A stretch of 32,000 nucleotides of DNA from Candidatus Nanosynbacter sp. BB002 (GCF_037013405.1 NZ_CP146064.1:420001-452000); one strand, 5' to 3'; shown: positions 9,380-18,376, counted from the first letter of the stretch. Numbers and translations are program-made. Notes: generated from the letters alone by a model not told the origin.

Positions 9380-9925
9380 CTATTCGCCTTTCGTTTTGCG
9401 CGGCTTGATGGTCGATACAATCTTTGGCGGCTGCTTCTCGCGAACATCGACAGACAAATCAACATGATCAACTGGCTTGCCAAAAGCTCGGTCTAGCATG
9501 TCCTTAATAGCTTTGTTGTCTGGCTTCTGCGTGGCGATGAAATAGTACTCGTCATCCACGCCATCAAGCTCACCGTCGAGAAATGCCGCAATCGTTTCGG
9601 GGTCAGTAACTTGCTCAGCCGGTAGTCGATTGCCTTTTCGGTCGGTCTTTATCACAAACAGCAACTGCACGCCCGTCGCCAGTCGGAACTGTGCCTCATA
9701 CAGCTTGTCAGCGTTTCTGGTGATTCGATCCAAAATACGCTGCTTCTCTTTCATACGGTCGAGAACCTTCTGGGTCTTTTTGCCCTTAATTCCGCCGCTG
9801 CCTTTCCTAGCTCCGCCATGAGTTGATGGTGACGTACGTTTACAACCAGCTACATGGATATCGTAATTGTCTTGCCGCTTATACTTTCGGCCGCATTTAG
9901 GACATGATTTGAAGTCATCTTTCAT
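9380..9925 (-). CDS. Putative terminase small subunit with an N-terminal zinc finger
   Basis: Lies immediately upstream of terL. Has a CPKC...H..GC motif and a basic region. The call rests mainly on position. Confidence 0.4.
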   Translation of the reverse strand: MKDDFKSCPKCGRKYKRQDNYDIHVAGCKRTSPSTHGGARKGSGGIKGKKTQKVLDRMKEKQRILDRITRNADKLYEAQFRLATGVQLLFVIKTDRKGNRLPAEQVTDPETIAAFLDGELDGVDDEYYFIATQKPDNKAIKDMLDRAFGKPVDHVDLSVDVREKQPPKIVSTIKPRKTKGE

Positions 9926-9935
9926 GATTATAATT

Positions 9936-10256
9936 CTAGAGATTGACGCGTAGTTCTTTTGGTATTGACTGCTCAGAGACAGATGAAATATACACGCCGT
10001 AACTGTTTGCGATGAGCTGTGCTTGCATGAGAGTCAGGTCTTTAGTGCTTTGTAACTTGCGTAGCATATTCTGGTATGGTTTTTTGTTTCGATCTTGCCA
10101 AGACTGCAAGAGGATGTAGTGCGACAACGGCTTGCATTTTCGCTCATCACCAATAATAATTGCCTGTTTCGAAATATAATAAATGGCGACCTGCCCGATC
10201 TCCTGACGGCGTCGCCTTGTCTTGTCTTGTTTGTCGATTTTTAGCCATTTGACCAT
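9936..10256 (-). CDS. Hypothetical phage protein (first gene of the late module)
   Basis: 106-aa basic ORF. Follows a 150-bp intergenic region containing two hairpins. Confidence 0.5.
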   Translation of the reverse strand: MVKWLKIDKQDKTRRRRQEIGQVAIYYISKQAIIIGDERKCKPLSHYILLQSWQDRNKKPYQNMLRKLQSTKDLTLMQAQLIANSYGVYISSVSEQSIPKELRVNL

Positions 10257-10405
10257 GTTTGTTATCCCTCCTCTACCTCTGAAATATACAGATTAGGCGC
10301 TGGCAATCGCGGCCTCCCAACCGCTCAATCTCACCAGCGCCTAGCTATAAAATGCTTTGACTGTTTTATCAAGCAGTCAAGCGTTCCACTTCAGTCATAA
10401 ACCTC

Positions 10406-11365
10406 TCAATCGTTCGATTGCTCTTGTGATTTCGGCGGAATGACGATCAGCTTGTCAAACGGTAGGATGAATGCTTGACGTCCCAACAGCTGCTTCACTT
10501 CAATCACCGCTTCGCCTCCTTTTATCGCAATCACATCGCCGCACAGCGCCTCTATCGGTTCGTCGCCATGCTTAAATGCAACCCTGTCGCCAACTTTAAC
10601 CCCTGGCGTTTCAGGCTGCGCGCATTTCTCGTCGGCTTGAGATTTAACACCATCAGCAATTGCCTTTGACGCGGCGCTAGCATTTTTAGCTACCGCTTCA
10701 AAAGAGCCAGCGGCAGGCTTCAGCTTCCAGCTCTTGATTCTCAAAACGTTTTTCCAAGTAAACGACCATCGACGACAGCTTTTAACACCGTGATGCATCT
10801 CCGTTTCAATCTCTTCAAGATTCGTGAGACTCAAGAAATACCCTCTACGATAATTGACGTCAAAATTGCTGTCCGAGTAATAAATAGCAGCGCCACTCAG
10901 GTCAGCGTCCCTCAGGTCAGCGTCCCTCAGGTCAGCGCCACTCAGGTCAGCGTCCCTCAGGTCAGCGCCACTCAGGTCAGCGCCACTCAGGTCAGCGTCC
11001 CTCAGGTCAGCGCCACTCAGGTCAGCGTCCCTCAGGTCAGCGTCCCTCAGGTCAGCGCCACTCAGGTCAGCGTCCCTCAGGTCAGCGCCACTCAGGTCAG
11101 CGTCCCTCAGGTCAGCGTCCCTCAGGTTAGCGTCCCTCAGGTCAGCGTCCCTCAGGTTAGCGTCCCTCAGGTTAGCGTCCCTCAGGTCAGCGTCCCTCAG
11201 GTCAGCGTCCCTCAGGTCAGCGTCCCTCAGGTCAGCGTCCCTCAGGTTAGCGTTATCGTCAACAGCTGCTTCAACTGCTTTTTTCATCGTGGCGTTGTCT
11301 GATTCGTACTCAAACAATACATCTCCGCTGAACCATGATTTAATTTCAATTTTTACTTTGGACAT
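10406..11365 (-). CDS. Pentapeptide-repeat protein (24 tandem A[D/N]L[R/S][D/G] units) with a roughly 140-aa C-terminal domain
   Basis: Translation shows uninterrupted [15 protein letters not shown] repeats. RBS AGGAG. Confidence 0.85.
   Translation of the reverse strand: MSKVKIEIKSWFSGDVLFEYESDNATMKKAVEAAVDDNANLRDADLRDADLRDADLRDADLRDANLRDANLRDADLRDANLRDADLRDADLSGADLRDADLSGADLRDADLRDADLSGADLRDADLSGADLSGADLRDADLSGADLRDADLRDADLSGAAIYYSDSNFDVNYRRGYFLSLTNLEEIETEMHHGVKSCRRWSFTWKNVLRIKSWKLKPAAGSFEAVAKNASAASKAIADGVKSQADEKCAQPETPGVKVGDRVAFKHGDEPIEALCGDVIAIKGGEAVIEVKQLLGRQAFILPFDKLIVIPPKSQEQSND
10896..11255. repeat. 24 tandem 15-bp units (CTCAGGT[C/T]AGCG[TCC/CCA]) encoding the pentapeptide repeats
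   Basis: Counted directly. There are only three unit variants plus a terminal variant, and synonymous positions are identical between units. Confidence 0.95.
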
Positions 11366-11374
11366 TTTAGTCTC

Positions 11375-11800
11375 CTATTTAGTTATTGATTCGATAAACT
11401 TAATGGCCTCATCACAGCCTTTGCAGACAACAGTCTCAACACCGGCCTCGTTGAGTGTCTTAATCCACTTCTTTTGGTTCCCTGATGTCACGCCTCCTTT
11501 CTTGCGTTTCATTTCGATGAACACCAAGCGGCTAATAGGCTGGTCGTAATCAGCGCTATCGTCGCTATCAAGTGTTTCTACGTAGACTCGTCGTGTTCCT
11601 GTGTTAGGCACAACTACGGCCAAGTCTGGCACACCAGAACTCACGCCAAGCTTCTTATTCTTGATTCGCTGCTTATGGCTTTTGGTATAGGTTTCGTTAG
11701 GTACTCTGAAACGTGGATAGCCGTTATCGTCCAACCATTTAACAAACGCCTCCTGCTCTTGGTCTTCGTATGGATTATCTATGTTTGCGAGATTAGGCAT
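11375..11800 (-). CDS. VRR-NUC domain nuclease
   Basis: Motifs GVPDLAVVV and LVFIEMKRKKGG..S..Q..W. The start at 11800 is preceded by GGAGGAGGA; the longer track ORF has no RBS. Confidence 0.7.
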   Translation of the reverse strand: MPNLANIDNPYEDQEQEAFVKWLDDNGYPRFRVPNETYTKSHKQRIKNKKLGVSSGVPDLAVVVPNTGTRRVYVETLDSDDSADYDQPISRLVFIEMKRKKGGVTSGNQKKWIKTLNEAGVETVVCKGCDEAIKFIESITK

Positions 11801-12068
11801 TTCCTCCTCCTTTCTCTTTAGGCACTCTGTAGCGTATCTGTATTGGCATTCGCCACTCCTTAACCATCCACAATGGATACTGATAAATCTCAAAATACTC
11901 AACAAAGAATCTTTTTCTGATGCGCAATCTTGCGGCAGCGATAGCGTCGTCACGATCCTTAAAGGCAACAACTTCACTAATAGCATTCTTGAGTAGATAA
12001 TCTTCGTTAATATGCGGATTGACTATTCGAACGATATATACAACATCAGAATTAAAGTTTTTTCTCAT
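11793..12068 (-). CDS. Hypothetical phage protein
   Basis: ATG at 12068 follows GGAGG. Its 3' end overlaps the VRR-NUC start by 8 nt. Confidence 0.45.
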   Translation of the reverse strand: MRKNFNSDVVYIVRIVNPHINEDYLLKNAISEVVAFKDRDDAIAAARLRIRKRFFVEYFEIYQYPLWMVKEWRMPIQIRYRVPKEKGGGNA

Positions 12069-12375
12069 ATTTTTCATTGCCTCCAGCCTTGAAGCACTCA
12101 CTCGGCTTCCTCAAAAAGCGTTCGGTGTTCTCGCCATCTTTCATTTCAACCAGCACCTTGGTAACTTTTCGGGTTTTGGATATTACGAAGAGTCCATCAA
12201 GTAGGCGCGTAGTATGTTGCTCCTCGGTTACTCCGCCGGCAACAACAACGCCAAGTCCATATCTGTCGGGATTACTTTTTCTTTCATCTCGATAGGCGAA
12301 ATACACTTTATCGCCGACAGCAAGCCCGTCAAAAGACTGCCGAAACGCCGACTCTTTAAGTTCGATTCTGTCCAT
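12052..12375 (-). CDS. Hypothetical phage protein
   Basis: 107-aa ORF, translationally coupled (TAATG) to the upstream micro-ORF. Confidence 0.5.
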   Translation of the reverse strand: MDRIELKESAFRQSFDGLAVGDKVYFAYRDERKSNPDRYGLGVVVAGGVTEEQHTTRLLDGLFVISKTRKVTKVLVEMKDGENTERFLRKPSECFKAGGNEKYEKKL

Positions 12376-12497
12376 TACTTCCTCCTCTTCTTAGATTCAT
12401 CTAGCCACTCTCGATACTCGATCTCGTCCTCGATTGCTGGCACGATTAGGACTGTTAGTATTACGATTGCGAAAATTACCGCGATTATTATGGTCAT
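12375..12497 (-). CDS. 40-aa single-TM micro-protein (below the ORF-track cutoff)
   Basis: MTIIIAVIFAIVILTVLIVPAIEDEIEYREWLDESKKRRK. ATGA overlap with the upstream stop and TAATG overlap with the downstream start. Confidence 0.45.
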   Translation of the reverse strand: MTIIIAVIFAIVILTVLIVPAIEDEIEYREWLDESKKRRK

Positions 12498-12937
12498 GAT
12501 TGTTTCTCCTCTGGCTTCTTAATTCGCACCAGGCGACAATTTGTAATGTACGTGCCCATAATGCTTGTCCTGTCGCCAGTCTCTAATGCTCTAAGCGCCG
12601 GTAATCCCACGCCACACATCTCTACAATCTGACAGACGATATTAATCTTATTGCCAGTCTCCGCATCTGGATAGACAACCAAAACATAATCGTGCATCCG
12701 CAACTTGTCATCGTCGCCTATTTCCCAATCGTCGTAGGTGAAATGACTTAAAACCAGGTCGCAGCATGCTGCGTGGTTGTAGTTGTAGTCGCTGTGGTCT
12801 AGCGGTTCTTTAACATAATCGTCCCATAGCGGCTGGCCGCAGTTGTGGCACTCTGGACGACCAGCGCAATAGCACAGATCGTGTCCATCGTTGCATGACA
12901 GCGCGCGAGGGTCGCCTCGCTGTTTTATGTCAGTCAT
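12494..12937 (-). CDS. Cys/His-rich hypothetical phage protein
   Basis: 147 aa with clustered Cys (CNDGHDLCYCAGRPECHNC, HAACC). Overlaps the upstream gene by 8 nt. Confidence 0.5.
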   Translation of the reverse strand: MTDIKQRGDPRALSCNDGHDLCYCAGRPECHNCGQPLWDDYVKEPLDHSDYNYNHAACCDLVLSHFTYDDWEIGDDDKLRMHDYVLVVYPDAETGNKINIVCQIVEMCGVGLPALRALETGDRTSIMGTYITNCRLVRIKKPEEKQS

Positions 12938-13148
12938 CGTCCAGCTCCTCTAACCTCTTTTTATTTACGTAGTCAATAAGGCTCTCGTAATCTATGTTCA
13001 TAGTCACCTCAATGCGCGGCAACAGTAGCATAGTCCCGTCAACTCCGCTTCTTGCAATGGAATCAAACTCGAAATTAGCAAAAGCCAAACATGAATCAAT
13101 ATTATCTTTGATGTAGTCTATGACCTGTTTTTGATCAGCCTGCAACAT
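12930..13148 (-). CDS. Hypothetical phage protein
   Basis: 72-aa acidic ORF. First gene after the 650-bp non-coding gap. RBS GAAAGGGA. Confidence 0.5.
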   Translation of the reverse strand: MLQADQKQVIDYIKDNIDSCLAFANFEFDSIARSGVDGTMLLLPRIEVTMNIDYESLIDYVNKKRLEELDDD

Positions 13149-13801
13149 AGTGTCCCTTTCTTCCGTCTAATTTCAACCGCATAACTGGTGGCTATATAAG
13201 GTGATGATTTGCCGAGTTTTAATTTCCTCGAATATGAGGGAATTAGGTTTCGTAAAGTCACATCACACGACATTTTTCCAGCCGATAGCTGCCTTAGTGT
13301 TCATCGTGGTGCTGTCGACAATTCTGTCAGCTTTAATCTCATCAAGCCGTCAAGGATGCAAACCCAAGACGAAAATAATGAGAGAACACGCGTCTACCTA
13401 TTCCGCCACTTATATAGCCATTCAGCAACACCATTTGTAAAGCACTAATATGGTTAATTTGTCTTGATGATGTTGCCAGTTGATAGCACCAAAATATAGT
13501 TGTTTAGAATAGCTATAAATAGGTATACAATTTTTTCCCTAAGTAACAATTAAAGGTGCGTTGGCGCTACCAGTTGAACAGACGATACACGTTACACTGC
13601 GGTTGTATGAGCCGACTCACAACGTTTCACGATTTTTGCCTGACACGCCGGGGTGGGATGGCGTACGGCGGATAAGGAGTTGTGCATATCATCTGTCCAG
13701 TTGAGTAGACGATATGTGGAGGTCGTCTACCCAGTTATGCGGTTGAATTGTTAATGTTCACCCAGTTTTTCGACGTATGGTAGGTCAATGGTAAACAGCG
13801 T
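13149..13801. promoter_or_regulatory. Non-coding region with CCAGTT(G/A/T) iterons and long-range inverted repeats (candidate origin or regulatory hub)
   Basis: CCAGTTGA-type motifs at 13477, 13571, 13698, 13732 and 13763. An exact 17-bp inverted repeat at 13173-13189 and 13732-13748. A 12-bp inverted repeat TGGCTATATAAG at 13190-13201 and 13410-13421. No convincing ORF. Confidence 0.5.
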
Positions 13802-14788
13802 TTATATGTTCATGTTCATCTGCGAGTCGCCATCGATCCGCTTTTTACTGGTTGCGAGATAGTGCGATCCGGTCAGATTGCTATCGACGTAATTGTCGGC
13901 CAAAATATTGACGAACATCATTGCGTCACGGTTATCCATGATGATAATGCCGTCATTATTGTCTGTCATGAGCGCCAAGTTCATTTCGTCAGCATGATCA
14001 ACGACCCTTTGTCGGTCTGGTAGATGTTCAACGTCTAGCTTTAGCAGTGTGTCGGTCAGCGACCTACTATTGTCAGCTAACTCTTCCAACGACAAGCCCT
14101 CTGGGAATGACAACGCAAACTTCTCAGTTAGGTGTTTGGCGATTCGCCTAGTTACAATGTCGCTTGACGGATCTTGCCTAAACAGGTTGACGAACTTTTT
14201 CGGATTGAACGCGAACACTTTGTCGCCGGCGATTAGCACTTGGTTGTCTGCTGGTATTTTGAATGCCGCATCAGCCTTGAGTTCACCAAACTTGCTGCCA
14301 CTGGTCTGCCACGTAAGGCTGCCGCTCAACATCTGCGACCGCTGGAGCTGTTTGGCGACGTAAAAGGTCTTGTCTGGATCCTTTGGATCGCTAAACCGCG
14401 CTACAATACCGTGCATACGCTTCAGTTCGTGTTCTTGATCGTCGAATTGAGAGATGCGATCATCACCAAGGAAATAAACGAGAGTATGAGCACGCTGGAT
14501 GCTTTCAAGCTCGCTGTACATCAGGACATTGTCTATCTGATCGTTTGTTGCATAGTCTTTGATTGACAGTCCAGTCGCTGCTCCGGTTTGAACCGCGTTA
14601 AGTATTTCATAGAGAAATAATACTCGCATCTGCTCTTCCATCTTCTCTGAATCCAATGGCAAGACATATGGTGTAAAGTTTTTGTTGAAAATGAACAGGT
14701 CAATGAGTAGGTCTTTCTTATGTGCGTCAGCCCAGTTTGCCCACTGGAATATGTCGAATTGGTTGTCGTCGATCATTTTTCCCACCAA
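13802..14788 (-). CDS. Hypothetical protein, possibly DUF4868/KwaB-like
   Basis: About 325 aa. The resemblance to DUF4868 proteins is from memory only (for example DKVFAFNPKKFVNLFR). No adjacent KwaA-like membrane gene. Confidence 0.3.
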   Translation of the reverse strand: MVGKMIDDNQFDIFQWANWADAHKKDLLIDLFIFNKNFTPYVLPLDSEKMEEQMRVLFLYEILNAVQTGAATGLSIKDYATNDQIDNVLMYSELESIQRAHTLVYFLGDDRISQFDDQEHELKRMHGIVARFSDPKDPDKTFYVAKQLQRSQMLSGSLTWQTSGSKFGELKADAAFKIPADNQVLIAGDKVFAFNPKKFVNLFRQDPSSDIVTRRIAKHLTEKFALSFPEGLSLEELADNSRSLTDTLLKLDVEHLPDRQRVVDHADEMNLALMTDNNDGIIIMDNRDAMMFVNILADNYVDSNLTGSHYLATSKKRIDGDSQMNMNI

Positions 14789-15012
14789 AATCCTTTCTGC
14801 TCAGCCGCAGCCTCAGGTTGCTTTTCACTATCCTGTAGGCTGCCAGCTGGCTTATTGTTAATTTTTACCGCAATATCCACGCTGCGAACGCCGTGCTCCA
14901 GCAGCCATTTCTTAGCTTTCTTGGCTGCCACCTCTGTTTCGTAGGTTTTCGCGTGCGGCTTGTTTTTGTCGTCACTCCAGCGAACGGTGAATGTGTAATT
15001 CACTAGAGACAT
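14773..15012 (-). CDS. Hypothetical phage protein
   Basis: 79-aa basic ORF. RBS GGAGG. Overlaps the downstream gene. Confidence 0.5.
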   Translation of the reverse strand: MSLVNYTFTVRWSDDKNKPHAKTYETEVAAKKAKKWLLEHGVRSVDIAVKINNKPAGSLQDSEKQPEAAAEQKGFWWEK

Positions 15013-15080
15013 TACGTAGCCTCCAATTTCTTGCGCTTGCGGCGCTGTTTTTTGCGAAGTGCTTTTTTAGTCACGACTCC

Positions 15081-15407
15081 TCAATCTCCAAACCTCTCAT
15101 ACATACAGTTTTCGTGCATGTCTGGATAGTCTTTTCGCTCTGCGTCAGATTGAATGAGCGCCAAATTGCACATACTGCATCTGCCGTACGGTGCGGTTTG
15201 TTCAAATTCAGCCAGCTCGTCATTTTGTTTGGGTCTACGTTTGCTGATCCGTCCGCAAATCCGAGCTGCCTCCCGATTGAGTGCAAAGCCAGTTTTGCTG
15301 CCCCTTGACCTCGATCCGCCCTTTCTGCCGATTTCACGGTAGAAGTTTGGGTTTTTCGCGAGAATTGTTGCGGCAGCTTTTCTGCCGCCGGCTTCCGTTC
15401 CTGCCAT
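15081..15407 (-). CDS. KGG-repeat (stress-induced acidophilic repeat) protein
   Basis: GGRKAAATILAKNPNFYREIGRKGGSRS is typical of KGG-motif general stress proteins. RBS AGGAG. Preferred over the overlapping 15071-15337 frame. Confidence 0.55.
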   Translation of the reverse strand: MAGTEAGGRKAAATILAKNPNFYREIGRKGGSRSRGSKTGFALNREAARICGRISKRRPKQNDELAEFEQTAPYGRCSMCNLALIQSDAERKDYPDMHENCMYERFGD

Positions 15408-15420
15408 GATTCTCCTTTCC

Positions 15421-15879
15421 TTAAAATGGTATTTCGCTCAAATCAATCGGCGCGTCGAGGTCGATATCCTCGGTCGCTTTCGCTGCTTGATTAGTCGTTG
15501 TGTTTGTCGCTTTAGCGTCGGCTTCGGCGTATCGCTCAGTAGCTGGCACAGCGTTATTGCCGCTACCCTTGGCGTCGCTCAAAAACTGGAACTGGTCGAT
15601 GATGACTTCAGTGGCTTTGCGCTTGATGTCGTCCTTCTCCCAGATTCTGGTTTGCAATCTGCCAGTTATGCCAATCTGCTTGCCTTTCGGTGCATATTCT
15701 GCCAGTAGTTCGGCTGCTTTATTCCAGGCAACGCAATCGATAAAGCTAGCGTCGGCATCTTTGCCGTATCCATCAACCGCTAGTGCGAATGAGGCTACGG
15801 ACTTGCCGCTATTCGTCGTTTTGACTTCAATGTCTCGGACGACGCGACCGATTAGAGTTACTGTGTTGATTGCTGCCAT
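15421..15879 (-). CDS. ssb: Single-stranded DNA-binding protein
   Basis: OB-fold N-terminus (NTVTLIGRVVRDIEVK...) and an acidic C-terminal tip DLSEIPF. Confidence 0.9.
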   Translation of the reverse strand: MAAINTVTLIGRVVRDIEVKTTNSGKSVASFALAVDGYGKDADASFIDCVAWNKAAELLAEYAPKGKQIGITGRLQTRIWEKDDIKRKATEVIIDQFQFLSDAKGSGNNAVPATERYAEADAKATNTTTNQAAKATEDIDLDAPIDLSEIPF

Positions 15880-15881
15880 GC

Positions 15882-16688
15882 TCAGAAACTCTTTTCCTCG
15901 CGGATTTCAACACCTGGGATTTCACGTAGCCCATTGGCGATGGCTTCGCGGATTAGTTTGTCGCTCGGCTCACACAAGTAGCGTGGCACTAACTCAGGAT
16001 TGGTAACCGTGAATACCGTTTTCGTTTTAATACCAGACTTGACGGCTGGCTTCTGTGTTTTAGCAGCTTTGGCTGCTTCAGCCTCAGCAATCTCTTGCTC
16101 GCGTTTACGCTGTGCTGCCAGCTTGGCTGCTTCAGCTTCGTCGCGTTCGGCGGTCGTCAATTCGTCTTTACGTGTCAGCAGTTCGTTGATGGCTTTGGTG
16201 AATGCTAGCTTGATTTCAGCATGGTTCTGATCAGCTTCTGGTAGCTCAGCGAATACCTGCTTCAATTCAGCACCTCGCTCATCGCAGGCTTTCTGGCTGC
16301 GTAATGATTTAGCGTTGGTAGCGAACTTGGCGCAAATAGCGTCAACGCGTGCCGCTTCCTGTTTTGCCAGTCGCTCCTGCTCCTCTTGATAAGCCAGAAT
16401 CTTTTGGCTGATATTCTCTAACGCCTCTTCGGCCGGTGCCAGTACATCCTTTTCAGCGTCGATGAATTGTGACTTGACGCTGTCAAAGTTGCGAGTGATC
16501 GCCAGCCGTGCATTCTTGACTTCAGTACGGTGAGAGGTGATCAGCTTGCGGATTGCGACTGCTTCTTTAGCGGTAGTGTCGTCGGTTATCTCTTTAGCTT
16601 TGGCTTGTTCCAAAAGCTCTTGCGATTTGATTTTGAACGGCGATATCGTAGCAACCTGCGAATCGACGTATTCTTGTAGTTGTGACAT
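15882..16688 (-). CDS. Coiled-coil recombination-module protein (DUF1351-like)
   Basis: 268 aa and highly helical. Located between the Sak4-like ATPase and SSB. Confidence 0.35.
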   Translation of the reverse strand: MSQLQEYVDSQVATISPFKIKSQELLEQAKAKEITDDTTAKEAVAIRKLITSHRTEVKNARLAITRNFDSVKSQFIDAEKDVLAPAEEALENISQKILAYQEEQERLAKQEAARVDAICAKFATNAKSLRSQKACDERGAELKQVFAELPEADQNHAEIKLAFTKAINELLTRKDELTTAERDEAEAAKLAAQRKREQEIAEAEAAKAAKTQKPAVKSGIKTKTVFTVTNPELVPRYLCEPSDKLIREAIANGLREIPGVEIREEKSF

Positions 16689-16697
16689 ATTCCTCCT

Positions 16698-17525
16698 TTA
16701 CTTCCTGTCTGCTTCAGATTTACCAAGGCGAGCGCCGGTCATTTCGACGCGTGAGCTTGGAATGGTTGGTTTGGCAGCCGCTTCAATCTGCTCTCGGCTC
16801 GCCAGTGTCGGTGCTGGTGCAATCCACGCGTACTCAGCGTCGCCTCTTACGCCATCGACGATTTTCGTGAAATCTGGCTCGATGTAGCGGCCTAGCCGAC
16901 CCGTGCGGTCTTTGGCAACGTACTTGTCACTAGCTGGATCAACGATAATCAGGCGCTTGGTGTCGCCAGTTTCGGTATCATTGATCGTCGTCATGTAGCC
17001 GACGATATCCACCAGATTGACCAGTTCCTCAGATAGTCTTGTGGCGACCATCGGACGTTTAATGACGCGGCCGTCATCGTCTTTTTCCTGAACGTGAGCC
17101 ACGATAACGATATGCTTACCGCTATCGCGCATGGTTTTCAGAAAGTTTCGCATGGTCGATTTCAGCCAGCCCCAGCCAGCCATGGTCGGGTTGCCGTCGC
17201 GCTGGACCAGTTTACTGTCAGCTCTATTTCGCATATAGGCAATCAACTTCTCCATCAGCTCGCCAATCGGGTCGATAATTACCGTGTCGTAGTCCTCAGT
17301 AAGTGCGATTTGCATGAACTCCTGCATGTCGTCCCATTTTTCGATCAGTGCCACGTCGGCCGCGATACCGCGAAGTCCAAAGTATTTGCTACCATTTTCG
17401 CAGTCAGCGATGATAGGTCGTGGGGCGGTGGCTGCAAACGTTGTTTTACCGACACCGCCCTCGCCATACACAACCATCAGAATTGATGGTTTTTCGGTCG
17501 GATCTAAACTATTAAAGACTCTCAT
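16698..17525 (-). CDS. Sak4-like / AAA_24 RecA-fold ATPase
   Basis: Walker A YGEGGVGKTT and Walker B VIIDPIGE. Synteny with an exonuclease and SSB. Confidence 0.75.
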   Translation of the reverse strand: MRVFNSLDPTEKPSILMVVYGEGGVGKTTFAATAPRPIIADCENGSKYFGLRGIAADVALIEKWDDMQEFMQIALTEDYDTVIIDPIGELMEKLIAYMRNRADSKLVQRDGNPTMAGWGWLKSTMRNFLKTMRDSGKHIVIVAHVQEKDDDGRVIKRPMVATRLSEELVNLVDIVGYMTTINDTETGDTKRLIIVDPASDKYVAKDRTGRLGRYIEPDFTKIVDGVRGDAEYAWIAPAPTLASREQIEAAAKPTIPSSRVEMTGARLGKSEADRK

Positions 17526-17538
17526 ATTCTCCTTTCTT

Positions 17539-18306
17539 TTACAGGCTCCAGTCGCCTAACTCCCTCACCTCCTCGATGAGAAAGTTCGGCTCGCTGTCGC
17601 CAAACTTTATGATCTCGTCGACACACGTACGCAACTTGCGTTCGCCAGCTTCAACAAAATCGATGCCAGCAATCATGAACTGCACGCGGTATGGTGCGAC
17701 GGACTCAACCACACAGTAGGCAAACTTGACTAGCGCCGGGTCTAGCTCTAAGCTTGACGCCGTCACCAGCGTGTAAACTGCTGACTGTAAATCGTAATGC
17801 ATTGACTGTGCGGTTTTGAAAAACTTGTCGAACTTTGCGGTAGTTTTCAAGTCGGTTATCATGGCCGATTCATTAGTGCGAATCAGCACATCAGCCTTAC
17901 CTTTCATATCTACGCCGTCAGCGGTGCGAGCATACATTTCGTGCTCAAAGGTTGCGCCTTTAGCAAAAATGTATTGCTTCGCTAGCGGGTGGTTCTCGAT
18001 ATTCTTCAAAATCTGATCAGCAGCCTTGAACATGCCTAAAGTGATGATGTGTTTGCCAACAGCTTTCTGTTCGTTACGCCACGCCTTTGATTCTTTCGAG
18101 TAGAAGTTCTCAAACGGACTGATGGCGAATTGATCCTCGCCGCCGAGTATCAGCATGTGAACCAGCTGCCCCAAATCGATAGCTTTGCTGTCTAGGTCTG
18201 GCAAGTCTCCGCGTTTAGCTGCAACTGCATAATCGATACCGTGATCGAGAATCAGCTTCATTGACGAATATGACCACTCTGGTCGGCTATAGTAAGCGTC
18301 TGCCAC
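17539..18306 (-). CDS. PD-(D/E)XK phage exonuclease (RecE/DUF3799-like)
   Basis: Motif GKADVL...ITDLKT...YDLQSAVY. GTG start preceded by GGGGGAGG. Confidence 0.65.
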   Translation of the reverse strand: MADAYYSRPEWSYSSMKLILDHGIDYAVAAKRGDLPDLDSKAIDLGQLVHMLILGGEDQFAISPFENFYSKESKAWRNEQKAVGKHIITLGMFKAADQILKNIENHPLAKQYIFAKGATFEHEMYARTADGVDMKGKADVLIRTNESAMITDLKTTAKFDKFFKTAQSMHYDLQSAVYTLVTASSLELDPALVKFAYCVVESVAPYRVQFMIAGIDFVEAGERKLRTCVDEIIKFGDSEPNFLIEEVRELGDWSL

Positions 18307-18376
18307 TTACGCCTCCCCCGCCAAAGCTCGGTCAAGAAACGTCGGATCGATTAGGTTTTCCAATTTTTCAAACAAA

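Noticed and set aside
10896-11255. Possible CRISPR array, suggested by regular short repeats
   Set aside because: The units are contiguous 15-mers with no spacers and they lie in frame inside a protein-coding gene.
10790-11302. 170-aa plus-strand ORF with [10 protein letters not shown] repeats
   Set aside because: It is the antisense shadow of the pentapeptide-repeat gene. The 15-bp periodicity keeps any frame open, there is no RBS, and the minus-strand frame has the RBS and non-repeat flanking domains.
13201-13448. Two overlapping 79-aa plus-strand ORFs in the non-coding gap
   Set aside because: They overlap each other in different frames, have no SD, have odd composition, and oppose the operon direction. 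I treat the region as non-coding.
13149-13801. Retron ncRNA or tRNA-like element in the non-coding gap
   Set aside because: There is no reverse transcriptase nearby, and I could fold no cloverleaf or T-arm consensus.
15071-15337. 88-aa alternative frame overlapping the KGG-repeat gene
   Set aside because: The 15081-15407 frame has an AGGAG RBS and recognisable KGG motifs. This frame has neither.
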